Virus record (IMG/VR): IMGVR_UViG_3300034198_023361
DNA from: an uncultured virus (IMG/VR IMGVR_UViG_3300034198_023361)
Lineage: Duplodnaviria; Heunggongvirae; Uroviricota; Caudoviricetes
DNA length: 64,000 nucleotides
Strand: one strand, 5' to 3'
The number at the start of each line of letters is the position of its first letter. Within the stretch, counting starts at the first letter, position 1. The notes below the pieces were generated by a model that was not told the DNA's origin, searched no databases, and worked only from the letters and a program-made list of their open reading frames with translations. Made by a program: the position numbers and the translations under genes. Shown piece after piece: positions 11,403 to 21,577 of this stretch.

Positions 11403-14400
11403 ATGCGCGGAAAACAAGGCTTCAGGCAAACACGCAATACTGATTTGCGTGTGGTCGTCGCGGGTATTGATGCGGACACATTAAATGTGCTCGTCAACAC
11501 CGCCACGCCTGCAGGTTTAAACGGCACCAATCCAGCAACAATTTTTTCTGGCTTTCAAAACATCTTATTGCCGCAGAATCCAACCGGAGCAGACCTACCG
11601 GTAGTGCGGCTTGCCGCTGACGGTAACAAGTTTGCGCTGTTGTCTTACAGCCCTGACGCGCCGGGCTACACGCCGACTACGTCGCAGATATTCGTATCTC
11701 CCGACGCGAAAAAATGGCGGAAACGCACATTACCGACGCGAGACACGACAGACGCGGTAAAGCACGCGTGGGCTGAGGTGTTTGGTTGCGACGGCCGGTT
11801 TATTGTTTCACACGGTCATTATCCCGACATCGTTATTTCAGACAACAACAACAGTTGGACGTTGTTGCAGAACGTATTTGCTGTGAATAGTTTTCAGCAA
11901 AACGGTATTGTTTATGGCGGTGGTAAATTGCTCGCAGCGGCCGATAATGCAAAAGTAATTTACCGGTCACTCGATAACGGGTCGACGTGGGCACAAGTTG
12001 CGTCAAATATTTTTATCAATGAGTTTAGCGCTAGTCCAACGGCAAAAGCATTAGATCGCGTATTAGCGTTAACGTATGGCGCAGACGGTACTTCAAATGT
12101 GTTTTTTATGCTGGCTAAGCGTAATGATGTTGCACGCTTTCGTTACGTTTTGACGTCGCCTGACGGTGTTACGTGGACGCAGCGGCTAAGAATTGATCTG
12201 GGTGTGTCTGGCACGCCGCAAGAACCGCTCATTGCGTCTTCGCCGGCACACACAATTATTCTGTTGAACAATCTCACAACTGTTCGCACGCTTATAACAA
12301 CAACTTCTGCGGCAACGTGGACACAATTGACGAGCACATTTGTCGATCAAAATGCGTCAATGTCGTTTCTTCTGCAAGAAAATACATACGAAATTTTAGC
12401 GGAAGATACGAGCAACATCGGATTAGACGGACTAAACAATCCGGCGACCAATTGGCGCAGCGTAATATACGACGGCAGTAAATTTGTAGCGTGCGGCGCG
12501 CCAGTTGGTGCTTCTGCTGCGCCGATTATTATGACGCTCGACACGTCTGCGTTGTTGCCAACGTGGAGTGTTAAATTAACCGGCACTCAAAAACTACGCA
12601 GCACGGTCAGTAGCGCGTCGACAGTGCTGCAACCAGATAATTCTGTAGTGCTGCTGCTGCAAATGGCTGGCGAAATTGGTAGCTCCGCATTTGTTGACGC
12701 TAGTCGCATCCCAAAAACAGTTACGGCAACAAACGTTGTTTTTTCAGACGAACAATCAAAATGGCCAGAAAAATACAGTGCGCCGTTTTCGAGTCCAAAC
12801 TCAGCCACATATTTGTCTGTTGCGGGCCATCCAGACATCGCCATGGGCACAGGCGATTTTACAATTGAGGCGTGGATCTGGATTAATTCTTATAACGTTG
12901 GTGGGGCGTTATGGGAGTCAAACCCTATAAATACGTCGGGATATCGACCAAATGGTTTTTTGTGGTACTTATCTAACGAAGGCCGGTTACAGCTGAATAG
13001 AAGCGGCGCTGAAATATTAGTAACAGATACAAATATTGTCCCGCTGCAAACGTGGGTTCACGTCGCGCTAGTGCGCAAAAATAACAGAACTGCAATGTAC
13101 GTTGACGGACAGTTCAAGGGCGATACGAACACCACGTTTAATGATACAGCGGCAACCGGCGGCGCACTTATTAGCCGGTTTTGTGACACGGGCTATTACG
13201 GCCTTGACGGTTACATTGGCGAATTTCGTATAACAAAAGATATCGCGCAATACTCCGGCGCCACGTTTACGGTACCTACAGCGCCGTTTTTAAATTACAG
13301 TGCGCTTAGTGCCCCCACCGCGCTCACCACCGAATCTGGATATAAGCAACTATTCGTTTCGTGGTCGCCGCCTAACGCAACAGCCAACTCGCTGCTTATC
13401 GATTACATTGTCGAGTCTTCTACCGATGACGGCGCAACGTGGGAAATTGTTAATGATGGCGTTTCGCCGGTAACCACGACAACCATATCTAATTTAACAA
13501 ACGGCGATAACTATAAATTTCGTGTAAAAGCCGTGACAGAAGACGATGTTAGTCCGTTTTCAATCGCCTCTGAGCCGATCGTAGTTGGCGGCGATTCGTA
13601 CTTTTCAAATGTCGCGCTGTTGCTGCACATGGACGGAACATTATCGGATTCGTCGATTAGTCAGCTGATAATGACGGCCAACGGCAACGCGCAAGTCAGC
13701 TCAGCGCAAAGCAAATTTGGTGGCGCCAGTGGTTATTTTGACGGCAGCAGCGGCAGCTATCTGTCTTGCGCCGACCCGAAAACCGCTAGTGCTTTTGGCA
13801 CTGGAGATTTTACCGTTGAGTTTTGGGCGCATCCAGATGCGCTACAGGATACTGTCGGGCTTGTTAGTAGCAGAATAAACGGCCAGAATTCGTGGGTTGT
13901 GACTTTTTATCAGGGCAACAACAATCTTCAATGGCACTCACTGTATTCAATCATCATAAACACACAAACGACAATACCAGTTCAAGAGTGGACGCATATA
14001 GCCGTGACGCGCAGTAGCGGTATGCTTGCCGTCTATGTGAACGGAAATAAGGTTGGCTCTGCACAAGACAACAGCGATTACGGCAATACAGCCACGCTCA
14101 ATATTGGCTACGACTCATTTCAAGGCGTGTTCAACGGTTACATAGACGACGTGCGCATTACAAAGGGTGTTGCGCGTTATACCCAGTCAGCGTTTGGTGT
14201 CCCGGCGTTTCCGTATGCTGATGACGGCCCGCTGAGTGCGCCGACAAATCTTCTTGCGGAATCAGAAAATAAGCGCGTTACTTTGTCGTGGCAGGCGCCG
14301 AAATCACGCGGGTTTTCGACGATCGTCGATTACAGCGTGCAGTACTCAGAAGATGCCGGCGCGACGTGGAATACGGCGGCAGACAGCGTATCTACGGCGA

Positions 14401-15167
14401 CCACAACAACAGTGACCGGGCTAGTAAATAACACAAACTATTTGTTTCGTGTTGCGGCTATAAATGACGACGGCACAGGCCCGTATGCCACCACCGCGAC
14501 ACCCGTAGCGCCAACAAATGGCGACCCGTTCTTTAACTCTGTAAGTCTGCTGTTGCGCTTTAATGAAACCACCGGCACGTTTATTGACACGAGCCCGCGA
14601 CCAAAAACAATTACGGCGAATAATGGCGGCGCAACGTTTAACTCGCTGTCAAAATGGGGTGACGGTAGCGCGTTTTTTCAAGGCGGTTCTTTGACAACGC
14701 CTTCAGATACAGATTTCAGCTTCGGCACCGGCGATTTCACAATTGAATTCTGGGCGTATCCTACCGCCGACACATGGGCCGGCGCAATACTAAACGTCGG
14801 CTATTACTACAACGGTATTCTGTTTCGACAGCGAAACAACGTTGACGGATTGTATTTAAACGGCAGCTACGCAAACTGGAACTCGCAAACAAACATGCCG
14901 CTTAATATGTGGACGCACGTGGCGCTTGTGCGCGAAGCCGGCGTTGTGGCGGTATACACAAACGGTACGCGCGTGCTCACATGGAATAACGCAGCTAATT
15001 TGAATCCTAGCGGCACGTTTGTCACAATCGGCGTGGGTGCGCACAGCGGTTTTGGCGAGCCGTTTTTGGGGTATCTTGATGAATTGCGTATCACAAAGGG
15101 CGTTTCGCGGTATTCGGGCGAGACGATTGACGTACCCACCGGACCATTCCTTGTCGCAGGTACGTAA
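11403..15167 (+). CDS. Tail/adhesin protein with BNR-like region, three LamG (concanavalin-like) and two FN3 domains
   Basis: Three GTGDFT(I/V)E.W...W.H.A..R...(I/L)(G/D)(E/D).RITK units; two 'SAPT.L...W..P...DY.V..S.D.G.TW...Y.FRV.A' units; S.DxxxW motifs. Confidence 0.85.
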   Translation: MRGKQGFRQTRNTDLRVVVAGIDADTLNVLVNTATPAGLNGTNPATIFSGFQNILLPQNPTGADLPVVRLAADGNKFALLSYSPDAPGYTPTTSQIFVSPDAKKWRKRTLPTRDTTDAVKHAWAEVFGCDGRFIVSHGHYPDIVISDNNNSWTLLQNVFAVNSFQQNGIVYGGGKLLAAADNAKVIYRSLDNGSTWAQVASNIFINEFSASPTAKALDRVLALTYGADGTSNVFFMLAKRNDVARFRYVLTSPDGVTWTQRLRIDLGVSGTPQEPLIASSPAHTIILLNNLTTVRTLITTTSAATWTQLTSTFVDQNASMSFLLQENTYEILAEDTSNIGLDGLNNPATNWRSVIYDGSKFVACGAPVGASAAPIIMTLDTSALLPTWSVKLTGTQKLRSTVSSASTVLQPDNSVVLLLQMAGEIGSSAFVDASRIPKTVTATNVVFSDEQSKWPEKYSAPFSSPNSATYLSVAGHPDIAMGTGDFTIEAWIWINSYNVGGALWESNPINTSGYRPNGFLWYLSNEGRLQLNRSGAEILVTDTNIVPLQTWVHVALVRKNNRTAMYVDGQFKGDTNTTFNDTAATGGALISRFCDTGYYGLDGYIGEFRITKDIAQYSGATFTVPTAPFLNYSALSAPTALTTESGYKQLFVSWSPPNATANSLLIDYIVESSTDDGATWEIVNDGVSPVTTTTISNLTNGDNYKFRVKAVTEDDVSPFSIASEPIVVGGDSYFSNVALLLHMDGTLSDSSISQLIMTANGNAQVSSAQSKFGGASGYFDGSSGSYLSCADPKTASAFGTGDFTVEFWAHPDALQDTVGLVSSRINGQNSWVVTFYQGNNNLQWHSLYSIIINTQTTIPVQEWTHIAVTRSSGMLAVYVNGNKVGSAQDNSDYGNTATLNIGYDSFQGVFNGYIDDVRITKGVARYTQSAFGVPAFPYADDGPLSAPTNLLAESENKRVTLSWQAPKSRGFSTIVDYSVQYSEDAGATWNTAADSVSTATTTTVTGLVNNTNYLFRVAAINDDGTGPYATTATPVAPTNGDPFFNSVSLLLRFNETTGTFIDTSPRPKTITANNGGATFNSLSKWGDGSAFFQGGSLTTPSDTDFSFGTGDFTIEFWAYPTADTWAGAILNVGYYYNGILFRQRNNVDGLYLNGSYANWNSQTNMPLNMWTHVALVREAGVVAVYTNGTRVLTWNNAANLNPSGTFVTIGVGAHSGFGEPFLGYLDELRITKGVSRYSGETIDVPTGPFLVAGT

Positions 15168-15181
15168 TGTGAGTAAATAAT

Positions 15182-15691
15182 ATGTCTGACGTAATACTTA
15201 CACTGGTAAACGGACGTTTGCGCATAAGCAACAACAGCGCACTTGTAATTTCAAAAAGCACAGCAGAACCGTGTTGCTGTGAAGACTGCAAAATTTGTTT
15301 TTATTTTTCAGCGTACGACGGTTGTCGAGACACGACGCTTGGCAATAAAAAATATCAAAAAACAATAACCGTACCGGCGCGGTTTAAACTGCCGGTAAAA
15401 GTTGTAGCCGACGGCGGTGTTGACGACGTATTTATGTTAGACGGCGACGGCAGCGTTTTTGGGCAAAATCCCGCTCTAAGCGGTACAGGAGCCCACAATT
15501 TTAGTTACGAGTGGGTACAAACAAATCGAACATTTACAGTGGAGGCCCTTGACACGTACGGCGCTTGTACCGGAATCACCTATTTGATTTGTTTTATGCC
15601 AATTGGCGCCAAAACCATTCCGAGTCAGATGAAATTGTGCGAACCAACAACAACGCTTCCGGGCAGTGATAAAACTTATACGGGCGAGTAA
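15182..15691 (+). CDS. Hypothetical Cys-containing virion-associated protein
   Basis: 169 aa ORF, CCCEDC motif, co-linear with tail genes. Confidence 0.6.
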   Translation: MSDVILTLVNGRLRISNNSALVISKSTAEPCCCEDCKICFYFSAYDGCRDTTLGNKKYQKTITVPARFKLPVKVVADGGVDDVFMLDGDGSVFGQNPALSGTGAHNFSYEWVQTNRTFTVEALDTYGACTGITYLICFMPIGAKTIPSQMKLCEPTTTLPGSDKTYTGE

Positions 15692-15703
15692 AAATATTCA
15701 AAT

Positions 15704-16312
15704 ATGCCTAAACTCTACTTTCGTTACGGCACCGTCGGTAGCGCCAAGACACTCAATCTTCTTGCTGTGGCGCACAACTACCGACAGCAAGGTAAAAAAG
15801 TCTTGCTGCTCAAACCCGAGATGGATACCCGGTTTGGCAAAGATATCATTAAGACACGCGCCGGTTTAGAATCTCCAGCAGACGTTCTTATGCCGGCAAC
15901 TGGCAAGTGTCAGCTACCAGATCTTAATGACGTAGTGTGCCTGCTGGTCGACGAAGCCCAGTTTTTATCGGTTGAGGCCGTAGACCAACTACATAACGTT
16001 GCGCATGCGTGCACGTATCCGCCTTATAACCGTGACGGCATCCCGGTTATCTGCTACGGGCTGCGCACTGATTTTCGTCGCCAACTCTTCCCAGCTTCAC
16101 GGCGTCTTTTGGCGCTAGCCGATGCTATTGAAGAAATCAAAACAATCTGTACATTCTGCTTGCGAAAAGCTGTGTTCAACCTTAAGCTGTGCGACGGCCG
16201 ACCAACCCTCGACGGCCCATCTGTAGAACTAGGCTGCGAAGAAAAGTATCTGCCAGTCTGCGCCGCGTGTTATGCAACTAAACACGGACTCAATAACGGT
16301 CGAGCGCGTTGA
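15704..16312 (+). CDS. tdk: Thymidine kinase
   Basis: KLYFRYGTVGSAKT (Walker A-like), LVDEAQF, CYGLRTDF, Zn-site CTFC...CAAC. Confidence 0.95.
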   Translation: MPKLYFRYGTVGSAKTLNLLAVAHNYRQQGKKVLLLKPEMDTRFGKDIIKTRAGLESPADVLMPATGKCQLPDLNDVVCLLVDEAQFLSVEAVDQLHNVAHACTYPPYNRDGIPVICYGLRTDFRRQLFPASRRLLALADAIEEIKTICTFCLRKAVFNLKLCDGRPTLDGPSVELGCEEKYLPVCAACYATKHGLNNGRAR

Positions 16313-16625
16313 GCAACCAGCACCCGCACCGACAAGAAAACCTGACCCTGCCGGGCTGATTGGCGCGGTTGTAATCGCTAGTTTATTTTTGCTGTGGCTC
16401 CGCTTTGACTTCATGCGCGAGCGACAGTGGATGGCGGAACGAAAGAATCGAATGGAGCATTTTCGCATTGAGGCTCGGCGGCGTCATGACGAGCTTGTAA
16501 ATCTTCAGTTTCGTGAACGCCTCGCGGCCCATGTGACGCGCGTCATTCCGCCCGCAACGGCGCCTATCAAAACACCGGTTGAAGCGACACCAAAGCAGCG
16601 CAAGATTTTCAAACTTTACGGTTAA
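16272..16625 (+). CDS. Single-TM hypothetical protein
   Basis: LIGAVVIASLFLLWL hydrophobic helix. Confidence 0.55.
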   Translation: MQLNTDSITVERVEQPAPAPTRKPDPAGLIGAVVIASLFLLWLRFDFMRERQWMAERKNRMEHFRIEARRRHDELVNLQFRERLAAHVTRVIPPATAPIKTPVEATPKQRKIFKLYG

Positions 16626-16634
16626 GGAGACACC

Positions 16635-16844
16635 ATGGCCGCCCGCGTGCCGCCGCCGACAGAAGAAGAAATTGCTTTACGTGCTCTTGAGATACGCCGC
16701 GGGTGGTCGCCGCGTGAAACCGAACGACGTTGCGGGTACAAGACAAAAGTCATATACGTGCCGGTTTCCGAAGACGTGTTTACTGACCGTTGTCCGTGTA
16801 GCGCTGAGTTTCGCCCGTCACGCCGAATTATGCGGTTGAATTGA
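16635..16844 (+). CDS. Small hypothetical protein (PTEEEIALRALEIRRGWSPRE motif)
   Basis: RBS AAGGAG; 69 aa. Confidence 0.7.
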   Translation: MAARVPPPTEEEIALRALEIRRGWSPRETERRCGYKTKVIYVPVSEDVFTDRCPCSAEFRPSRRIMRLN

Positions 16845-16948
16845 CATGCTCGCTAAATGGGTTATTTTTATCGGCGCGATGATCGTCTGGGCCGGCCTGA
16901 TTTTGTATGTCGCATATCGTGACACCTATTACTATCAAAGGAAACGCC

Positions 16949-17389
16949 ATGGGTTGCTGCGCCAACAACAAAAAGTGCGATCGGCCGAGAGAAGAAATGA
17001 TGAGTGCGGAAACGCTGATCGCATTACTCGACGACAGCTCATGGGTGGTCACAAAGCTGCTGGAAATTGCAAAAAGCGGCGTTCGCTTTGTCGGTTTCAA
17101 AAACGAAAAAATCAGCGAACTGGCTGCTGCGATTTCAGCGATTGTGGCGGAGAATAACTATCTAAAAAGCCTACTGGGTATTAACGCGCCCAGTACGCTG
17201 AAAACAGATAACGCCGGCGCGACAGTGTTCTTTGGTCCGCGCGGAGAGTACAGTCTGTTTATTGCAACCCCAACGCAAGAATCCCGTAACAAGCTTGCCG
17301 TCAGTCTTATCGCCGCAGGTAAAGAATTGCAGCTGAACAAAACAACTGCACCAAATCCTCGGCAGCAATTTTTACCGTTTGATCGCTAG
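16949..17389 (+). CDS. Hypothetical protein
   Basis: RBS AAAGGA before ATG 16949 (track ORF 16907-17389). Confidence 0.6.
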   Translation: MGCCANNKKCDRPREEMMSAETLIALLDDSSWVVTKLLEIAKSGVRFVGFKNEKISELAAAISAIVAENNYLKSLLGINAPSTLKTDNAGATVFFGPRGEYSLFIATPTQESRNKLAVSLIAAGKELQLNKTTAPNPRQQFLPFDR

Positions 17390-17397
17390 GACTCACT

Positions 17398-18540
17398 ATG
17401 TCACGGCCGACATTGCATCTCGTTGGTATTTTTCACACAAAGCACACAGCGGCGTATTCGCACTGTGCGTTCACCGGCAAAGCACTGCGCTTTTCTAAAA
17501 TGATGCGCATGTATGGCTATCGCGTGATTGAGTACGCCAACGCCGGTAGTGAAAGTCTGGCTGATGAAAAAGTCGAAATGCTCACACATGACGAGTTTGA
17601 CAACATGTTGGGCAACCGCGACAAAAAATCGTTTCACGGAGATGACGCCGCAGTTGGCACGCCACATCACGGATTATTTGAACAACGGCTGATTGCCGCG
17701 ATGCAACAAAGGGTCAAACCGCGGGATATTATCTGCCATCCGTTCGGCCACGCACATTCTCGGTTGCTCCGCGATTTTCCCAACAACACGCATGTCGAAA
17801 CAGGCATTGGGTATCCGACGCTTGTAGACGGCACGATTAAGATATTTGAAAGCTATGCGTGGCGGCACTACCACGCCGGCAAAGACGGCCGACAGGGCGC
17901 GCATTACGAGTTCGTAATCCCGAACTATTTTGATATAGATGACTGGCAGCCGAGCTTTAAGCCCGGTTCGTACTACGCTTTTCTTGGGCGCATTGACGCG
18001 TGCAAGGGTCTCGACACGTTATATGAGATTGCCAAGTATCTACCCAATATCAACAAAGGCGCCAAAATCGTGTTGTGCGGGCAGGGCGATCACACACGCT
18101 GGGCGCACCCAAACATTATTTACCGCGGGCCTATCGCCGGGCGTGAGCGCAGCGAGTTTATGCGCAACGCTATCTGCTCGCTCATGCCCACGAACTTTAT
18201 CGAACCGTTTGGCGGTTCTGGTGTAGAAGGGCTGCTATGTGGTACGCCGCTGATTGCCACAGACTACGGCGCGTTCACAGAAACCGTACAGCAAGGCGTT
18301 AACGGGTTTCGCTGTAAAACGCTGGCTGACTGGATGCAAGCGCTCAGCAAAGTCCACGACCTTGATCGTGTAGCTATTGCGCAGGCCGCCCGGCGCACAT
18401 ACAGCCTCGAAGCATGTGGCGCCATGTACGACGAAGCTTTTCAAAAAATCTATCAGCTGTACGACAAAGGCTGGTACACTTTGCCGCCCGATTGGGTCGA
18501 GCATAAACGATGTGATGGGCTTGTTTGCGCCCCGGCCTAA
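17398..18540 (+). CDS. GT-B fold glycosyltransferase (GT4-like)
   Basis: FLGRI..CKG, EPFGGSGVEGLLCGTPLIATDYGAFTETV..GVNGF. Confidence 0.9.
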   Translation: MSRPTLHLVGIFHTKHTAAYSHCAFTGKALRFSKMMRMYGYRVIEYANAGSESLADEKVEMLTHDEFDNMLGNRDKKSFHGDDAAVGTPHHGLFEQRLIAAMQQRVKPRDIICHPFGHAHSRLLRDFPNNTHVETGIGYPTLVDGTIKIFESYAWRHYHAGKDGRQGAHYEFVIPNYFDIDDWQPSFKPGSYYAFLGRIDACKGLDTLYEIAKYLPNINKGAKIVLCGQGDHTRWAHPNIIYRGPIAGRERSEFMRNAICSLMPTNFIEPFGGSGVEGLLCGTPLIATDYGAFTETVQQGVNGFRCKTLADWMQALSKVHDLDRVAIAQAARRTYSLEACGAMYDEAFQKIYQLYDKGWYTLPPDWVEHKRCDGLVCAPA

Positions 18541-18544
18541 TTGC

Positions 18545-18572
18545 CTAAATTTTTGGCAATATTCGGGCATAT
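18545..18572 (+). promoter_or_regulatory. Phage promoter motif, copy 1 (CTAAA-N15-GGGCATAT)
   Basis: One of six copies with identical spacing, each upstream of a gene start. Confidence 0.65.
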
Positions 18573-18640
18573 TCCTTGTGCCCCCGCAGATACGTGTCTG
18601 CGGATTTTGGCACTCATTCGGGCTAAGCAAGGAGGATGCC

Positions 18641-18832
18641 ATGCCATACCCGATTATGCGTGAGATCTTGATTGTTATCTGCACTGTGACTGGCGCGGCG
18701 ATTGGGCTAATGGCCGCGCAGTCTCTCCAGATGGGGGAAGCAGTGGCGGTAACGGGTGCATTTGTGGGCTGGTCGCTTTTTGGCGGCTTTGCGCACATGT
18801 GCTTAACAAGGAGTCAGCGAGATGATGATTAA
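18641..18832 (+). CDS. Small two-TM membrane protein
   Basis: RBS AAGGAGG; MPYPIMREILIVICTVTGAAIG. Confidence 0.7.
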   Translation: MPYPIMREILIVICTVTGAAIGLMAAQSLQMGEAVAVTGAFVGWSLFGGFAHMCLTRSQRDDD

Positions 18833-19382
18833 GTTCATGACCCCTGTGATTCTGGTGTTGTTGTCGACCGTTTCTTTTGGCGGCGAGATGAACGCCCGCG
18901 GTCGTAAAGAGATGCAGGCCATCGAGGCCGTTGTGCAAGAAAACTTTCACGCGAGCAACATGAAAAGTGTTGAAGGCGTGATTGGCACGATGACGCCGAA
19001 TTTTCCTAATCAGGAACAGTTCACCGATGAGCTGAAGCAGTTCTTTGATGAGGTCGACTGCTATATGCGTGTTGTCCGTGTCGACTTTGTCGAGGCGGAC
19101 GCTCGCGGGCAAATGGCTGTGGTCAATGTCGTGCAAGAAACGTTTGCCGGCAAAGACGGTGAAGATCTGCCCTACTCCGAGTTTCGCGAACGCAGCGCCA
19201 TGCTGCCGCCGTGGGAACTTTGCGAGTTCAGGCTGATCATGCACAAAGTTCGTGGCAAATGGCTGATCCACGAAATGGGCAGCATGCCGCAGGAAGTAGA
19301 GCGTGAAGAATTGCAAGCCCGGAATGAAACCGCGGCGTGCAAGGACGGCTCGTGCCGCCTCACGAACGTTCGCGCCCGTTAA
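18822..19382 (+). CDS. Secreted NTF2/SnoaL-like protein
   Basis: Signal peptide; 'AIEAVVQENFHASN..SVEGVIGTM' ... 'KVRGKWLI'; C-terminal CKDGSC. Confidence 0.65.
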   Translation: MMIKFMTPVILVLLSTVSFGGEMNARGRKEMQAIEAVVQENFHASNMKSVEGVIGTMTPNFPNQEQFTDELKQFFDEVDCYMRVVRVDFVEADARGQMAVVNVVQETFAGKDGEDLPYSEFRERSAMLPPWELCEFRLIMHKVRGKWLIHEMGSMPQEVEREELQARNETAACKDGSCRLTNVRAR

Positions 19383-19388
19383 GCGCGT

Positions 19389-19461
19389 GGGCCTTTAGCT
19401 CAGTTGGTAGAGCAAGGGACTTTTAATCCTTTGGTCGTGGGTTCGAATCCCACAGGGCCCA
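19389..19461 (+). tRNA. tRNA-Lys(UUU)
   Basis: Acceptor GGGCCTT/AGGGCCC, anticodon loop CTTTTAA, T-loop TTCGAAT; no encoded CCA. Confidence 0.95.
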
Positions 19462-19510
19462 TTGTTCGATTGGTTGTTCAAAGGTCATTTCCAAACAAGG
19501 AGGTTTTGAA

Positions 19511-19744
19511 ATGAGTGGTATCGAAATCAAGGGAAATCTGATTGGTTTGGTGACGGCGTTGCTGATGCTTGCGGGAATCGCGTGGCAGAGCTATGAAGAG
19601 TATCAGAAGGCGCACCCAGCGCCGACAACGCTGCAACCGCCATCTCCGTCTGTGACTCCCGTCTACTGGAACGACGGGCAGCGGTGGTGGTGCCAGATTG
19701 GCGACAAGAGGTACGTCTGGAATGGTGACACAAGAACGAGATGA
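19511..19744 (+). CDS. Small single-TM protein
   Basis: RBS AAGGAGG; TM helix, Pro-rich linker, W-rich end. Confidence 0.7.
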   Translation: MSGIEIKGNLIGLVTALLMLAGIAWQSYEEYQKAHPAPTTLQPPSPSVTPVYWNDGQRWWCQIGDKRYVWNGDTRTR

Positions 19745-20018
19745 CAACGAAGCTACGGCCGATTACTACAACGAGCGTATCGGTATCGAGTTGGAAAAGA
19801 TGCTTGCGATAACGCAGGATCTCGCCGGCAAAATCGGCGCCGGGCAGTCGATGACGTACGGGCAGTTTCTGACTCTGGAACATGCGTTTGAATACGTTCG
19901 CGATGCGATGCACAGCCGAGACAAGTTCGGCACGCACAGCCGTACTGGTAAAGATAGATTTCGGCACATCGCACATCCCGAGCAGTATCCGGCTCCGCAA
20001 GAGCCTGCGCTGGTCTAG
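19722..20018 (+). CDS. Hypothetical protein
   Basis: GAGG RBS; fills the space to tRNA-Leu. Confidence 0.6.
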   Translation: MVTQERDDNEATADYYNERIGIELEKMLAITQDLAGKIGAGQSMTYGQFLTLEHAFEYVRDAMHSRDKFGTHSRTGKDRFRHIAHPEQYPAPQEPALV

Positions 20019-20027
20019 CGGGCGGCT

Positions 20028-20113
20028 GGCTAAGTGGCGAAATCGGCAGACGCAGCGGACTTAAAATCCGCTGGGAGTAATTTCCCGTGCGGGTTCGAGT
20101 CCCGCCTTGGCCA
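20028..20113 (+). tRNA. tRNA-Leu(UAA)
   Basis: GGCTAAG/CTTGGCC acceptor, loop CTTAAAA, long variable arm. Confidence 0.95.
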
Positions 20114-20125
20114 TTGGAGGGCTGT

Positions 20126-20482
20126 ATGGGTAATCCGGTTTACAAGTCGTTGAAGTGCATTCACTGCGGTGGTCGCATCGAAGCGGTCGAGTTCAACGAC
20201 ATCGTGACGATGCGCATTGATGGAACAATGCACAAAGTTCCTATGTATCGTGTGCCGGCGAACCGATGCTTCGACTGCGGCGAAAGCTACGTGGATGGTA
20301 CGTCAGACGAGTCGATGGAATTCTGGACGCAGCAGTACCTCACCGGTATCGGCCGCAACAAGTGGTATCACAAGTTGCGTCGGCGCTGGCGTGCGTATTG
20401 CAATCGCTGGCGGGGCTGGTACTGGAACCGGTCTCCGTGGGCTCGTCGGCGTCAACGCCGCGAGCGAGAGCGCGAGGCGTAG
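20126..20482 (+). CDS. Zinc-ribbon protein (YgiT/MqsA-N-like)
   Basis: RBS GGAGG; CIHCGG...VPANRCFDCGESY. Confidence 0.7.
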   Translation: MGNPVYKSLKCIHCGGRIEAVEFNDIVTMRIDGTMHKVPMYRVPANRCFDCGESYVDGTSDESMEFWTQQYLTGIGRNKWYHKLRRRWRAYCNRWRGWYWNRSPWARRRQRREREREA

Positions 20483-20488
20483 TCTCGC

Positions 20489-20562
20489 AGGCGCATAGCT
20501 CAATTGGTCAGAGCACCTGCTTTACATGCAGGGGGTTAGGGGTTCGAGTCCCTTTGCGCCTA
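20489..20562 (+). tRNA. tRNA-Val(UAC)
   Basis: AGGCGCA/TGCGCCT acceptor, loop TTTACAT. Confidence 0.93.
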
Positions 20563-20688
20563 TTTATCCGGGTTACTCTTCAATCCCGTTGATATCAAAA
20601 CAATCATCGTCTTTACGCGGCGATGATTTCTATGGGAAACAGCTGCGCGTAACAGCTGTAAGTTCAGGGATGATAGAAGGAGATTCTG

Positions 20689-21063
20689 ATGAAGATCCAG
20701 TTTGTTGCCCCCAAGGGCTGCGGTTGTCGGTCGTTCATGCGGGAGATTTTTGAGCAGGTTAATGTGTATCGTCGCACGCTCGGTCTGCGGGCCATGGCGA
20801 TGAACACGTTCTACAAAGTTCGCCAGCATGCGGCCGAAGTGTGGCTCGACGAGCGTGTCAAGAAGTATCCCAAGAGCCCTGATAAGTGGAAGGGTAATCC
20901 GTTTCTGGCAAACGACAAGAACGGTGGATACGTGTTCTCTCAGCGAAACTCGAACGCGCTGCTGGCTGCCGCGGTACAGTACGCATTGTGCCGTCCGCGG
21001 GGTTTGCCGGAGGTCAAGCTGCGCCGCGCTGCGGCCAAACGCCGTAAGCTCGCTGCCGCGTAA
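20689..21063 (+). CDS. Basic hypothetical protein
   Basis: RBS AAGGAG; 124 aa. Confidence 0.7.
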   Translation: MKIQFVAPKGCGCRSFMREIFEQVNVYRRTLGLRAMAMNTFYKVRQHAAEVWLDERVKKYPKSPDKWKGNPFLANDKNGGYVFSQRNSNALLAAAVQYALCRPRGLPEVKLRRAAAKRRKLAAA

Positions 21064-21087
21064 AGACGGGAAACCGTCTGTTTGTGT

Positions 21088-21111
21088 AACCCGGTGTGGG
21101 GTTCTTTTTTT
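21088..21111 (+). terminator. Intrinsic terminator
   Basis: AACCC-GGTGTG-GGGTT then C and T7; preceded by GACGG-GAAA-CCGTC hairpin. Confidence 0.55.
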
Positions 21112-21151
21112 GACGTCGCGCACACCCGCGACAGGATCACGGAGGATCGTT

Positions 21152-21514
21152 ATGTTTCGTTTTCTCATGTGTGTAGCAGTCGTTCTTTCGATGGTCAGCG
21201 TTGCGCATGCTGCCCCGCGACATAGGCGCCACTACACGCCGTCTCAGGTTCCGGCTCCCGTCAAGTCCTACTCGTACGCTACGTCTTATGCCGGGCACAC
21301 CGGTTCGGCGCAGGGCGTAGCCGAGCTTCAGGCCAGCAATGGCCGCATGGGACATCACGGCGGGAACTCAGGCTACGAAGGCGTCGGCACGGGCTCGACG
21401 CCTGAACAGGCGCTGGGCAACTGCTGCTACAGCAACAGCGGCAGAGCGGTCGTAGACCAAGGGGTCGCGCGTGGCAGGGATGGCCGGTGGTATGCGTGCA
21501 AACGCTACCGCTGA
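21152..21514 (+). CDS. Secreted small CAP/SCP-like protein
   Basis: RBS GGAGG; signal peptide; MGHHGG..YEGVG..STPEQALGNCCY...GVARG..GRWYACKRY. Confidence 0.7.
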   Translation: MFRFLMCVAVVLSMVSVAHAAPRHRRHYTPSQVPAPVKSYSYATSYAGHTGSAQGVAELQASNGRMGHHGGNSGYEGVGTGSTPEQALGNCCYSNSGRAVVDQGVARGRDGRWYACKRYR

Positions 21515-21577
21515 AGCGTAGACTCGCTGACGGTGGGGCGCTGGAGGTAGCCCAAGCCTCTGGCGCCCCACCCACGC

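Noticed and set aside
16846..17157. TM-containing ORF
   Set aside because: Overlaps the better-supported 16949-17389 gene by about 200 nt. Its 5' part may be a real short gene, but I cannot support the full ORF.
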